From: Bigelowiella natans CCMP2755
Lineage: Eukaryota > Protista > Cercozoa
Assembly: GCA_000320545.1 (NCBI GenBank)
Contig: ADNK01001316.1
Location: 22,663-86,662, forward strand
Length of the DNA: 64,000 nt
Reading direction: 5' to 3'
Shown: one piece after another, positions 38,480 to 50,421 of the stretch
How positions within the stretch are numbered: the stretch's first letter is position 1
How the letters are laid out: each line of letters opens with the position of its first letter
Made by a program: the position numbers and the translations under genes
The notes under the pieces: model-generated
The model's input: the letters and a program-made list of their open reading frames with translations, nothing else
The model's database searches: none
What the model was told of the DNA's origin: nothing

Positions 38480-40366
38480 TCAAACTTTACCTTGGTGCCT
38501 CCGGACATGGTGAGTGTAAGCTCTTTTCGAACGAAGGAGCTGTGAGCACCACTCGCATTGGAACGGCCAGTGGTTGAGGTGAATCATCCTATGGGCTACT
38601 AGATTGGATTTTTGGTGGAAACTCTTTGAGCAGTTTGCGCACTGGAACTGTCTGTTGATTTTGTGAATAGCGATATGCTGATTTAGATTGCCGCGAGTTG
38701 TGAAGTCTTTCTGGCACTCGATGCACTTGTATGGGAGATGGGTGAGATGCTGGCGAGCGTAGTGCACATCTAGTGATATTCTCTGCCGAAACTTGGCGCT
38801 ACATTTTAAGCATTTGAAAGGGTGCTGGCCTGTGTGGATGCGCTGGTGCATGCTCAACGATATCGCTGACTTCAAGACTTTTGAGCAATTGACACACACA
38901 AATCTTGTCGCGACATCTTTCTGTGTAGTTGTCCGTGAATTCGTCGAAGGGGGGAGGGTAGATAAGGCACCATTTTTTCCACCATCGTCGTCGTACTTCC
39001 CTGAGATCTCGTCGCCACTCATGGCAGCAGTAGCAAGAGTAGTAGGAGGCGGAGGAGGAGGATTGGGAGGAGTAAAGGTTGCTACTGTAAATGAAGAATC
39101 GTTGCTGTGTATTTTTTGTACGTGATCTAACAGATTGGTATGTGATGCGAAATGTCGGTTGCAGATCCGACACGTTTTCTTCTTATGCACTTGCTGGTGC
39201 CTCATGAGATTGGAGGAACTATAGAACCGCCGCAAACACATCGAGCAATTAAACCGCCGCTGATTATACGGCTCATGCGCTGCACTTATGTGGGCTTTTA
39301 CAGAAGCAGGTTGAGCGAAAGAACGATTGCAGAAGGAGCAAGAATGAGGACGATCACCGCTATGAAGCCGAGTATGATGCCTCAAAGACGTTCTATCCTG
39401 CATCATCGCGTAACATATTTCACACTGAAACCGCCCTCGCTTTCTCTCTGAAGTCATGGCCAAGGGGGTAGAAGAAGGGATATCAGTGGGAGTAGCAGCA
39501 CGAGCAGTAGTGCTGCTATTATTACCGCTGATTGTACTTGTAGTAATACCACAGCCCATATTTCTACTACGACTGCTACCACTCCCCCCCCTACTACTAC
39601 CACTACTACTACTACTACTAGCAGTAGTGGTAGCAGTTGCAGTTGTTAATTTTGCCGTAGTAGTACCATTACAACTTTTATTGGTAAGGAGATGATCCGG
39701 GACCATCTCCGTGGAGTATACCAACCTCGATGCTGCTGCTGCTGCTGCTGCTGCTCCAGATGATGATGATGATGATGACGACGACGACGACGACGACGCC
39801 GAGGATGATTTTGCAGAAATAATGACTGTCGACGCTGTTTGGTCTACACGATTTTGTTGCAATATGTGAGAATGAATGGGGGCGAACAACGTTCCTGCCT
39901 CCATAGTCACCGTTCTCATCGGCATCGTAAGGAGGGGCTCGAGGCACGTGGCACTTTCCTCCCCCATGACCGTCAGCGGTGGTGGACAATGGGGATTTTC
40001 TGAAAATGAGAGAAAAACTAGGACGAATGCACCCGCAGCAAAAGCTAATGCAAGAATGAAGGCCAGCCATAGACATAAGGACGGGGTAATGTGATACGTT
40101 TGAAAGTAATAACACAAGTGAGGAGGAGGAGGAGATGGTGGGCTACGATTTAATCCATAATTATTGGTAATATTGGGTTGAGCTGATTCTTCTGTTAATG
40201 CCAATTCTACTGCAGAAAAACGAGGGCAGTAGGCGTTGTTCCGAGAAGTGTCGATTTCATAGGGATGTGTAGCACTGACACATACTTCTCGGTACATGCA
40301 CTCATTCAGTTGAATGCTTTGCCGGGGATCGCTGCTTTGATTGATCTGAAAGAGATACCCATGCAA
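38480..40366 (-). CDS. C2H2 zinc-finger protein, 9 fingers in clusters of 4 and 5
   Basis: Nine C-x2-C-x12-H-x3/4-H units readable in the 628-aa ORF, with linkers HSGDRP and HTGQHP. The 5' part is low-complexity, probably contains introns, and the gene may start further upstream (~40900). Confidence 0.9.
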   Translation of the reverse strand: MHGYLFQINQSSDPRQSIQLNECMYREVCVSATHPYEIDTSRNNAYCPRFSAVELALTEESAQPNITNNYGLNRSPPSPPPPHLCYYFQTYHITPSLCLWLAFILALAFAAGAFVLVFLSFSENPHCPPPLTVMGEESATCLEPLLTMPMRTVTMEAGTLFAPIHSHILQQNRVDQTASTVIISAKSSSASSSSSSSSSSSSSGAAAAAAAASRLVYSTEMVPDHLLTNKSCNGTTTAKLTTATATTTASSSSSSGSSRGGSGSSRSRNMGCGITTSTISGNNSSTTARAATPTDIPSSTPLAMTSERKRGRFQCEICYAMMQDRTSLRHHTRLHSGDRPHSCSFCNRSFAQPASVKAHISAAHEPYNQRRFNCSMCLRRFYSSSNLMRHQQVHKKKTCRICNRHFASHTNLLDHVQKIHSNDSSFTVATFTPPNPPPPPPTTLATAAMSGDEISGKYDDDGGKNGALSTLPPSTNSRTTTQKDVATRFVCVNCSKVLKSAISLSMHQRIHTGQHPFKCLKCSAKFRQRISLDVHYARQHLTHLPYKCIECQKDFTTRGNLNQHIAIHKINRQFQCANCSKSFHQKSNLVAHRMIHLNHWPFQCEWCSQLLRSKRAYTHHVRRHQGKV

Positions 40367-40738
40367 ATCTTAGTTCTCGTTCTCAAAAAATTAATAGACC
40401 ATATCAACCTTAATCTTGTTGCAGATCAAGAAGAAGAAGAAGAAGAAGAAGAAGAAGAAGAAGAAGAAGAAGAAGAAGAAGAAGAAGAAGAAGAAGAGGA
40501 GGCAAAAATATCCACAGAAATACAACAATCGATTATACAAGATGCAGCGACACACGTGTAAGTGCACATATTGAAACAAAAATATTCTGTATTTCTACCT
40601 GGCTGGCGAGAGGGGCAGCAAGGAAGTGAGGATTCCACGTCTATCTCATCTCCGCTTCAGATCAGCCTCTTCGTCCGGTCGTCCGCCGCTCCGAGAGATG
40701 TGTTCAGGCCTGGAATACGGAATCCAACGGCACCCAAA

Positions 40739-40777
<39 letters not shown>

Positions 40778-41055
40778 CGCAGTAAGTGTGCTTGTTTCTG
40801 TGCGTGCCGTTTTATAAATGCGACAAGCTTATACCCGCTGTCGTCGTCATCATTCACATAGAATTCGCCCCAAAGAAAACTACAAATAATAAATGAATAA
40901 ATCGGCCTTTCTATTTTTGTATCCGGCTGCTTTTGAAATTTTTGAATTGAAACTATGGCGTCGCCTCCCCCCCTCGGCGTGCTCTGACAAGACACACCTT
41001 TTCAGAAGCTTTGGAGAGGAGAGGCAGAGGGGAACGAAGACGATCGGGGTCAAAT

Positions 41056-41393
41056 ATGAGTGAATTCAACCCCCTCTTTGATCAATGCAATGGCACGCAT
41101 TACGAAGAAGTCCTCGAATCATTCGACGGCTCAATGGAAGGCCAAGAAGCAAACACGTCAGATTTCCTGCACCCCTATGCGCTTAGGGCGGATATGGAAA
41201 CAGTAAGATATCTCTCATAACTGCCTACACCAAATGCTAATAGTGACTGCATCAAACAGGACGATGACCACGAAGAAAACATGCTGCTGCCAGGAGGAAG
41301 AGAGGCAAGAGGTGATAAGGGACGAGGTGAAAAAGCTGTGACTTCTATGTCCAAGGTGAGTAGCTCACTCCCTCCCTCCAAAGTACCATCTAA

Positions 41394-41440
<47 letters not shown>

Positions 41441-42160
41441 AACACAAACATGCGCGCACGCACACAGATAAGTAAACAAATAGATAAAGAGTGCAAAGTG
41501 ATACTGTGATGAGCTAATATTGACAATTAATTAATTCTTCTGTGTGTGATGCAAGATGGACGTTTGGGGTTGGCCTAGCCCTTGGTCGATCTCAAATTCA
41601 GTGTTTCTGGACACGAGATACAACGCATGCCATTTAATGTAGACAACAAACGAAATAACAAAACGCTTCTAAGATATACCTGTCGTAATCAATGCGACAT
41701 AATGTAAACCATTCCTACCAAATAGGGTTTTGCTCGTATACCGTATCATCATCTCAGCGTGGAGTGCTATGATCCTCATATGGGCAGGGTTTTTAGCACA
41801 AGATGTAAGATATTCCCAATCTATATTCAGACAGATATGCTCGTTCATTCGTTGACAGAGATCAGTTGTTTTGACTATTTCTCTCTTCTTCAAGACTAAG
41901 GAATTTTACCTGTCGCTGACTTCATGGGTGATGCTTCTAACCGTTCTTTACTTCGGTCAAGCTTCTTTCTTCACACTTCGGTATGAGCAGCAGCATACGC
42001 CAACTTGCAACTGAGGGGATGTGTTAAGGGTGATGAGAGCAGAGTTTGTAACGAACATCCATCTTTTCTCAGAGACTGGATTCTAGCGGATACTGTGGAA
42101 AAAAACCAACTTACGATATCTCGACGGCTGGTATTTATTATCAAATCACCGAATGACGCG

Positions 42161-42201
<41 letters not shown>

Positions 42202-43311
42202 CTCCGTCTCATTACGTGCTTTGTTTCTTTGAGAATTCTGAGTTAAAAATACTTGCCATCGACAGGCGATATGTGTTTACGAAATAGCCTTCACTTACAG
42301 CATGGTATATAGAGAATTTATTCTTGGAAGATTCAAGCGGAGCCCTTTCATTTAAATCGTTTGTTTCAAGGTCGTCTTCATCGTTCACTTAACGTTCGCT
42401 CCGCATGCCGATGGAAAAAATGCGACTGCTGAGGGCAGCGGTAGCATTGAGCAAGGAAGGGGCACTTCTTCAACCGCCACCATCGGAGCGGAAAATGGCG
42501 GAATCATTTCAGGGGGAGAATGGGATGTGCGCTATCTGATTGATTTGCATCTGCATTATGCCTGGTATTACTTCTGGTTAATGATATTCTCGTGTTGGCA
42601 AATTGTAATGTATTGAGTGAATCTACATTTTTCAGCTTCGTGTGGTTAGGCGTAGATTCGAGCATCAACGCCTGCGAGTTCCGATGGTCTCATTACATCT
42701 ATGTGCTTTCCCCGTCGATACTCTACATGTAAGCAGTCGTTCAATCGATTCTCGCTGCATGTGCTAGAATTATCGCCGATCCATCTATCACCCTTTTCCA
42801 TGACTGACCAGTTGCATGCATGATGTACACTAAAAGGCTCGTAATTGGGTTGAATATGTACCTGTGGATGAAGCCTTCTGAAGTAACCACGAAGACGACA
42901 GGTTGCAATCTCTTCGTAATTCAGTAATGACATATCCGTCCTCTGACAGATCTTGCTGGCCCTCACATATAATATTAAGGTTTGACGGTCTTATCGTGGG
43001 CATTACTCTTCTTCGGCATCTTTCTTTCATTCTCGGTTCTCCTTGCGTGGTCAGAATTCAAATATACCCTCTTGAATTTCATCGAGTCTCGCAGTGGGTA
43101 CAGAGATAGACCGCCTCCAAAGTTCTCCGAAACCGATGATGCTAATGCGGTCGCTGCAGGAAGCAACGAGGAAATAGCTAAATTCTTACAGGCTCTGGAA
43201 GATTCCGATACTTCGCGGCGGCGATATGCCACAAACGCAGGAGGAGCAGGCTCATCCCCATACATTGGCCCTGATGGAGAAGTAGTGCACCATTTTAGGA
43301 GCGGGTGGTGA
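41056..43311 (+). CDS. Rolling-stone-like multi-pass membrane protein
   Basis: Start MSEFNPLFDQ; spliced LLVYRIIISAWSAMILIW, EFYLSLTSWVMLLTVLYF (cf. YLTxW...YF), VWLGVDSSINACEFRWSHYIYV; final TM exon within ORF 42982-43311. Confidence 0.5.
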
Positions 43312-44205
43312 CATGAAGCTGTGGCGATAGACAAGATAATGCAGCAATTATCATAGCATCCCTGCATTGATTGCTCAAATAACCATGCACGCACCACTTC
43401 GTCTACCAGAATGATAATCAGTCGATAAAGTAAATACGACACGGCCGTATGTTTTTATACAGCGTAGAACATATGAATCAATATGCTAAATGCACAAATT
43501 CGCAGTGGCTATGCGCAAGTTCTTCAGGATGCACGATACAATTGTGCCAGACTGCTGCCGACTTGGATACTGTCTACGATGACGATTACATGAACACGCG
43601 ATTATATGGCAAGTGCGCACAAGTCTGCTATGTGTTGTAGTGTACTAAAGCCAGTGCAGCAGTGTGCGCCATACAACATACATAGAGTTATCGCGCAGGC
43701 GACTGCAAATGAAATCTAAATGTGCGGTATCCTTGCGGGCAGATGTGATGATGGACATATATATTCACAGCGTGTATTCTATGACAGTGTACTAGTGTAC
43801 AGCGTTGTGCCTAGCATGTTTTGGCGAATAAATTAGCTTGCTCGCTTATACGCTTAAATAGAGCTCGCTCGCCGCTGTATATTTGCGTACTAGAAGCCTT
43901 GCTATATGGTGCACGCGCTTGTACGTGCGTGTACACGTTGCATGTCGTAGCTATGCGCTCTAGATGTCGTACAGCGCACTGGATTGGCTAGCAAGCATCG
44001 GACGCACATGGTTGGATGATTGCATCCTTATATTTAGTCGCTAACGCAAGCATACTTTACGAAACAATACTGGTGTAAGAGAGGACTTATAGGCGTGTTG
44101 CAAAAGTACTAGATACGTGCTCGTCTTTTGCATCACAGCCGTTCAATCATGGATCTATTGGAGAACCTTTTCATCGCATTGTATTTTTCATTCGTCCTAT
44201 CATTT

Positions 44206-45071
44206 TCATCTTTGATTCCCGAGACTAAAGCCAGGAACAAAGAATCCCATGGGCCTAAAATCCCTGGCTTTTTTGCTTTGAATGCATGTAAGCGACGATC
44301 CGTCGTGATTTCTTTCTTCCACCTCAAAGAAACCCATATCTTCAATCTCCTTGGCTTCGAGGCTGCATTTTGATGTTCCCTGAGTTAATTCGGATTTCAT
44401 TTTCACTGAATTCTTCATTCCACACGTGTAAAAACAGTGTACCTTAGACGCCTTCCAGCAAACCAATTGCCCTCCAGGTTTCAAAACTCGAAGCGCTTCT
44501 TTGAAGAGAGACTCGCAGTCATCGATTTCATTGAGATGCTTTGATACTACCATGGCATCCACAGACTCGTCCGAGAAGGTGCCGGCTACTGCTTTCAACG
44601 GCTCTGCATCAACTGAAATCTGCAAAAGGCCTGCTGGGATTCCAACATCTTCGGCCGAAGTCTTGATTGTTTCCCCATTGTACTTATGCGTTGCAATTCC
44701 ATGCCATGAATCGATCGACGGAGGATATGACCTGAAAAGCTGTCCACAGTCTGGCCATAACTCTACAACCTGTAGTGTATGTGCACCGCGCCATCAAAAT
44801 TCTATTTGCCTGCATCCAGCTCGACTGGACTAGGGATAGACTACTCACAATATGGCAACAAAAGAAAATTTACCTCTAACATTCTCAACGAAGAAAGATC
44901 CTTCTGTTTCTCCTCCTGATCTGTGCCAACGAGTGGAAGTTTCAACCAAAACGGCTTTATCTTGCTGATTAGATAGTCGCGCGAGTCTTTTGTCTCATAA
45001 ATGTGGTAAGACCCATAGCCAACGCCAATGGCGCCATAGAACATCCCTGTCCTCTTCAAAGTATTTCCCAT
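44206..45071 (-). CDS. Class I SAM-methyltransferase-like protein (Methyltransf_11/METTL7-like), N-terminal membrane anchor
   Basis: GAIGVGYGSYHIY anchor; VVELWPDCGQLFRSYP (degenerate motif I), DESVDAMVV, LFKEALRVLKPGGQLV. Confidence 0.7.
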
Positions 45072-46162
45072 CGGAGATGCAATAGACAGGAACGAAAGAG
45101 CAGGAAACGTTCAAGTGTGTTACAGAGCGGCAACTCTCGGAATATTCAGGGCTTGTATTTCGCTGTCAACGCGAACAGTCTTCGAGTCCAAACACTCAGG
45201 AGCGTCAAATTACCCTTCCGTAGCGTGGCGCTTATTAGGCAGTATCTCGTGTGTATATACGATTTGCTGGTGTTTCTTAAGCGGTGTGCCGGATCGACGG
45301 TGCTGTAGCAATCCGTGAGTCGTGAACACAGCGGGGGGTTGCACGGAACGACGCAAACCAGTGAGGAAACACTGAAATGGATGGATTCAAGGATAGAGAG
45401 CTTAACTTGACGTAAATTGAATACCAACACGTAAACTAAAAATTTTAATTTGCGATGAGTAACGGTGATGAGGGGAAGGCAAGAGGAAGATGGATGGGGA
45501 GGTGCAAGGCAGAACGAACCCAGGCACCGAAGCCGAGAGATGGCGTGCTAATCTCCAATGGATCTCAAAGATCTCTCGAGATATCTTGGTCTTCGGGCAA
45601 TTGTCGCCGCCGAGATCTTCCTGAAGAAAATAATAATAATACTTTGTCGGCTCGTAATTTTTTGTACTGCATGGGAGAATCTGATTAATCAATCAAAATC
45701 AGCAACGCAGGAGTTCAGCTTTCAGAAAAATTCTTGCAGGAAAAACTCAACGACCCAGAAACGTGGTCGTGTCGTCAATAAACAGCAACTTTTTCGATGG
45801 GCTATTGATCTAAGAGTTGCTGACCAGCCTGACCAGCCTCTATTGCGACGCCACTGAAAACTGAAAACCGAAAACGCAGCCTTCGTTCTCTGAAAAAAAT
45901 CGAAAGTTGTTCGAATTGACCCGAAATGGCTCTGGTTTTCTGATGTCGCCTTTCGATAAAGAACAAGTCTTCATTCATCAGAATCAATCTTGCTGTCCTT
46001 TCTGAGGAGAATAGGAAGTTGTGGCAGTTGCCAATCAGGTATCACATTGTCGCACGAAGGAGACTCTCTGCCATTCTGCCACTCTCGTTGCCGATTGTAA
46101 TTTAGGTGACTCTTTCTGTGGAAAACACTTTCCTTTCAGCACTTCATTATCTACCATCTACC

Positions 46163-46999
46163 ATGCTCTTCATCGTCATCGTCATAATCTTCATTGAAAT
46201 GATCTGTGGTCAACAATATTCCTCCTATTGCGCGATTTGTAATGAAAATTATGGCTGCACTTCTTCATGTCAGTCGGTTGTTTATGGCTACTATTATTGC
46301 TATTCTGGAAGCTATTCCTTCGACAGCAATGACAACTGCGTGGCAACTCAGTATTCCGAGGAATGCTGTGCATCAGCCCCAACATTATTCCCAACATCCT
46401 CTCCATCTACATCATCATCTGCTACGGTGTCCAGAGTGTCTTACAGTTGTAATTTTGATGTGAACACCGTTGGCACATGCACGGATTTGTGCAGCAGGCA
46501 TTACAGTACGAGTGGACATACCATCTCGCCGGATTACATTACGGGGTGCCAATGTTCCACCGGGCACCTAAACGGAAATGTAGGCACTTTCGACCCCATA
46601 GATGGTTACACTTACGAAGTCACTTTCAACGGAGAAGATGGTGGATGCCTAAGTGCTACGGCGAGGAGCCTCGGACTGGTGGGGCATTGCACCATGAAAT
46701 ACAAGGTGTTGTCAGGATCTTTATTCGGTGTGGGACCAAACGACCAGTGTACTATCGACCAAGGAAGCCAAGGAAGTCAAAGAACCAAAAACACTAAAAA
46801 GGCCAATCTCGTTCTAATGGTGATGGGCTCAATTGTTGCAGGAGGACTCTTCATAGCTGTAACCATTTGTTGCATCAGACGTATTCGCTCGAAGGGAGGA
46901 AAGAAAGTGAAAGGTTTGCAGGTTTCTTTGGTCAACTCCTCCGACGATTACCTAGATCTGAAAGATGATCCGGAAGTCAGCGAAAGATCTGCTGATTGA
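46163..46999 (+). CDS. Cys-rich single-pass type I membrane protein, intronless
   Basis: Signal peptide MLFIVIVIIFIEMICG, Cys/Tyr-rich domain, PT/S-rich stalk, second Cys-rich domain, TM LVLMVMGSIVAGGLFIAVTICCI, basic stop-transfer, tail containing YLDL. Confidence 0.8.
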   Translation: MLFIVIVIIFIEMICGQQYSSYCAICNENYGCTSSCQSVVYGYYYCYSGSYSFDSNDNCVATQYSEECCASAPTLFPTSSPSTSSSATVSRVSYSCNFDVNTVGTCTDLCSRHYSTSGHTISPDYITGCQCSTGHLNGNVGTFDPIDGYTYEVTFNGEDGGCLSATARSLGLVGHCTMKYKVLSGSLFGVGPNDQCTIDQGSQGSQRTKNTKKANLVLMVMGSIVAGGLFIAVTICCIRRIRSKGGKKVKGLQVSLVNSSDDYLDLKDDPEVSERSAD

Positions 47000-47543
47000 A
47001 GAGTTTGAGGAAGATTGCCTTGCACTCATCATTGAACGCTCCATAAAGCGCAGCCATGCGACATCAAGCACTCGGAGGTCGGGGGTTTCAGTTCACGCAA
47101 CTCACATGCACGCGCACGCGACACGCCACAGTCAGCGATCAAGGTACGTACTAGACCTAACATTTAGCATAGAGTGAGCTGCTTGGCTATCCGTGCGGTC
47201 TGAAATTCGGAGACAACCTTTCACCTAACATCGCGGAGGGCTAGCTAGCTACCATTTGTGCAATGCGGGATGCGCAGAACAAACTGAGTCAGAGACACGT
47301 GTGCATTGTGATGTGCATGCTGTCTCTTGATCTCTTGCGTTAGAGAATTAGAGACACGCATGTGTCATGCAATGATGTGATCTAGTAATGCGCACATACA
47401 CTGTCTCTTGCCTAACGATTTCTGTGTTTTGGAGCACATGAAGTGCAATGGTCACACTCTAGCACTGCCAGATTGCAAGCATGCTAGCATGGCCATCATC
47501 AGACACGCTGTGCACATGGCACATGCTAGCAATTCTAGAATTG

Positions 47544-47593
<50 letters not shown>

Positions 47594-47623
47594 AACACAT
47601 GGACATGATGCATGTGCGTGTGC

Positions 47624-47654
<31 letters not shown>

Positions 47655-47895
47655 ATGAACTGTGTGATCCACAGCAAGCTATTCATCACACAGCAGTCCT
47701 GGTTTTTCGTGATGAAACTTCACGATGTATGTGTTCGCATTTCTTGATTTGCACAGCAGTACCAAATTGCTCATTTCGCGTTGATTCAAGTGCATCCACC
47801 CACACGTGCATATTTGCTCATGTAATCATGCGTGTTTTAGTTGAGAAAGCCCGCGTAAGAGAAAAAGCTCCCATGGCTATAGATGTATGTATACG

Positions 47896-47963
47896 CGCAA
47901 CATCATCAGCTTTCTCAATTGCGAAGTTTGAACTTCGTTCGTTATCTGCTCAGGTCGAATGAT
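47896..47963 (+). pseudogene. Inverted 68-bp duplicate of an SDR exon end plus splice donor (source 53665-53729, minus strand)
   Basis: CGCAACATCATCAGCTTTCTCAATTGCGAAGTTTGAACTTCGTTCGTTATCTGCTCAGGTCGAATGAT versus source reverse complement CGCAACATCACCAGCTTTCTCAATTGCGAAGTTTGGACTTCGTTCGTTATCTCAGGTCGCATGAT: 3 substitutions and one 3-nt insertion. Confidence 0.92.
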
Positions 47964-48139
47964 TTGAAAAAATGAGTTTACTGAAAGAGAATCAATCGTA
48001 CACAGTGTCCTATAAATGTTTATGGCTGTTATGGATACGAACAACTAGCTAAAGTTTCGCATAGATAAATTCCGAAGCAAATGGTTGAAAATACTCGACG
48101 ATTCGTATATTCGAGGGTCTCTCCAAATCTAACCTAGCT

Positions 48140-50078
48140 TCAATGTCCCAACATCCTCGTGATTTCTCGTATATATACCAGCGATGTTCGTAAAGACTTA
48201 TTTAATGTAGCATCCTGATCAAGAAGAACTCGAGCTTCGGGAAAAGGGTGTTCAGGTGAAGTAACTAGGTCTCGCTTTTGCATGTGTCTCAAAGGTGATG
48301 GGGTAAAACTGACAAACTTCGGTCGATTTCGGTAACTACTTTTGGCAGGTCCAAATTCCTTATTCCTTCGATTTTTCCGTCTGAATTTCCGATTATCTTG
48401 ATGTGTGCTTCTACCTTGGTCTACATCTGCTGCTTTCGCAGTGACTTTAGGGAGTGTACATAAATTACTCATTACCCTAGCCGATAAAAGAGTTGTTGTC
48501 GAGAGGGTACTATCTGAATTCTCATCATTGCTCAGATCTTCCTCATCAGTCAGAGAAATCATGAACTTTGCCTTTGCCTTTGAGTAGCATGGGACAGAGA
48601 CAAAATCTGCATCTTTTATACTTTCATCTTGTTCAGAATTCAATTCACGTTGACAATTTATGCAGTTTTTCTGATGATCGATGCGCCAGCTCGTATCGTC
48701 CGGGTTTTGAGCAAAGGTGCTCTGAGGAGGTTTCTGAAACGCTATCGGTTTTCCTCGATTACTTGTAAAAGAGTTCCCGGGCTCATCGTCCTTTCTCCTG
48801 GTATCCTTCCTTTTCACTGCCTTCTTAAATTCAACCACCTGCTCTTTTGCCGATGCTTTCTTGTCAACATTCTCCTGTGAATGAAAGAGGAAGGTAATTT
48901 TACTACTTTGGGCTTATCTTTAGAAATTACAGCACACTATTTTAAATGTCTTAGTTCTAGCATTATTACCTCTTTATTTCCCGTCGTTGAAAGACTTGGA
49001 GATATGTCCAGAGATTGCAAAATGTCAAGAATCTCAGTGTGGACCATTTCTTCAGATATATCCTTTTGTGGCATCAATATCTCCCCCGCTTCACCTGATT
49101 GCTGGAGCTGGTTCAGCTTCTTTCTTGATAAGCATTTTTCTTCCATCAAGGTCGATTGTTGTTTAACGTTGTTGGAACGGGATTCAAACTCCGAGCCATC
49201 AGGCATTTTCTCGAAGGTATTCAGAGCTATGGAGGGCACCGTAGTAGTTGTTTCCGATAAACGATTCTGATAAGTAAACAAAGTCATTCAAATTCGACTG
49301 CATATTCTTTTAAAAACTAAACAATGACCTCGAATTCAGGATGCTTCTCTTCCGGATGACTACTGTTCGGAAGATTGCCGTCGCCATAGATTGCTCCAGT
49401 TTCAGTTGAAACATCTACATCGCAGTTGCTCCGATTTTGACTCGAAGTTTTGTCAGTAGCAGCTTTCTCTCGGCGGATCGTATTTTTAAAATGAATTTCA
49501 TTAGTTTGTGAACTACTTTTGTCTTTTAGAGTAAAACTGGAACTTAAAGAAGATTCATCGTAATCTGTGGTCGTACTTCCAGAATGATCGCCGTTGTCTG
49601 CGTGCCAACTTGCCAACCGTCTTGAGCTTTGGAATACCTCCCCACGCGGATACATTGATAATGATGATGATGGCGATGATTTCAATGAGCGCCACGCAAT
49701 CAGTTTTGCAATTCGTTTCGAAGGTGAAAATTTTCGTACATTCGTCTGTTGGATTGGTGGTGGAGGACGATGTGCTCTGAGTTCATCTTTATATTCCTGT
49801 CGTAACCTTCTCGTGAGATGGACAATCCTATCAGAGGGAGAGGGCATTGGGAATCGACGTGCCATAGATACAGGAGGGACTGGACTGGGAGGGATACGAG
49901 GAAGCAGTTCACGAGGCATTTGTGTCTTTCCTAAGTATTCCTTAAGGGTTGGCATTGGATCTTCCGACCAAGATGCAGCAGAATTCATGTCGGGTCTGCT
50001 GTTACAATGATCCGACTGACTGAATGATCCATATTTTTGCTCGAAGCTTTGAATGTACGAATCGAGTTCCGAAGCCAT
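48140..50078 (-). CDS. Orphan S/P/K-rich low-complexity protein, 3 exons, ~600 aa
   Basis: Three consecutive long minus-strand ORFs (49317-50108, 48937-49287, 48140-48838) separated by short GT-AG gaps; ATG 50078 (MASELDSYIQ). No domain recognised. Confidence 0.65.
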
Positions 50079-50421
50079 CACGCGAAAGGTGTGCCCATTC
50101 GTCTCCAACGATGATGAGTACGATTGGATCGGCCATGCTATAATAACTACTCTGCGACATCAATTGAATCGTGTCTTCGAGAAGAATTGGGACTTTTGGC
50201 AATTGGACCGTTGACTCCAGTATAAAATACGAAATTGAGAATCTGTGGACTAGCACGGACTGCGACAACTTAAAATACCCAAAATAAATGAAGCAAACAT
50301 TATTCCTTTTCGTAGGATCCCATGATGATTTTTAATTGCGACAAGGTAAAACACTAGAAAAAGGGGTATTTCGGATCGGAGTATCGGACCACGCACCTCC
50401 AAACTTCGTCCAGTCGAGGCA

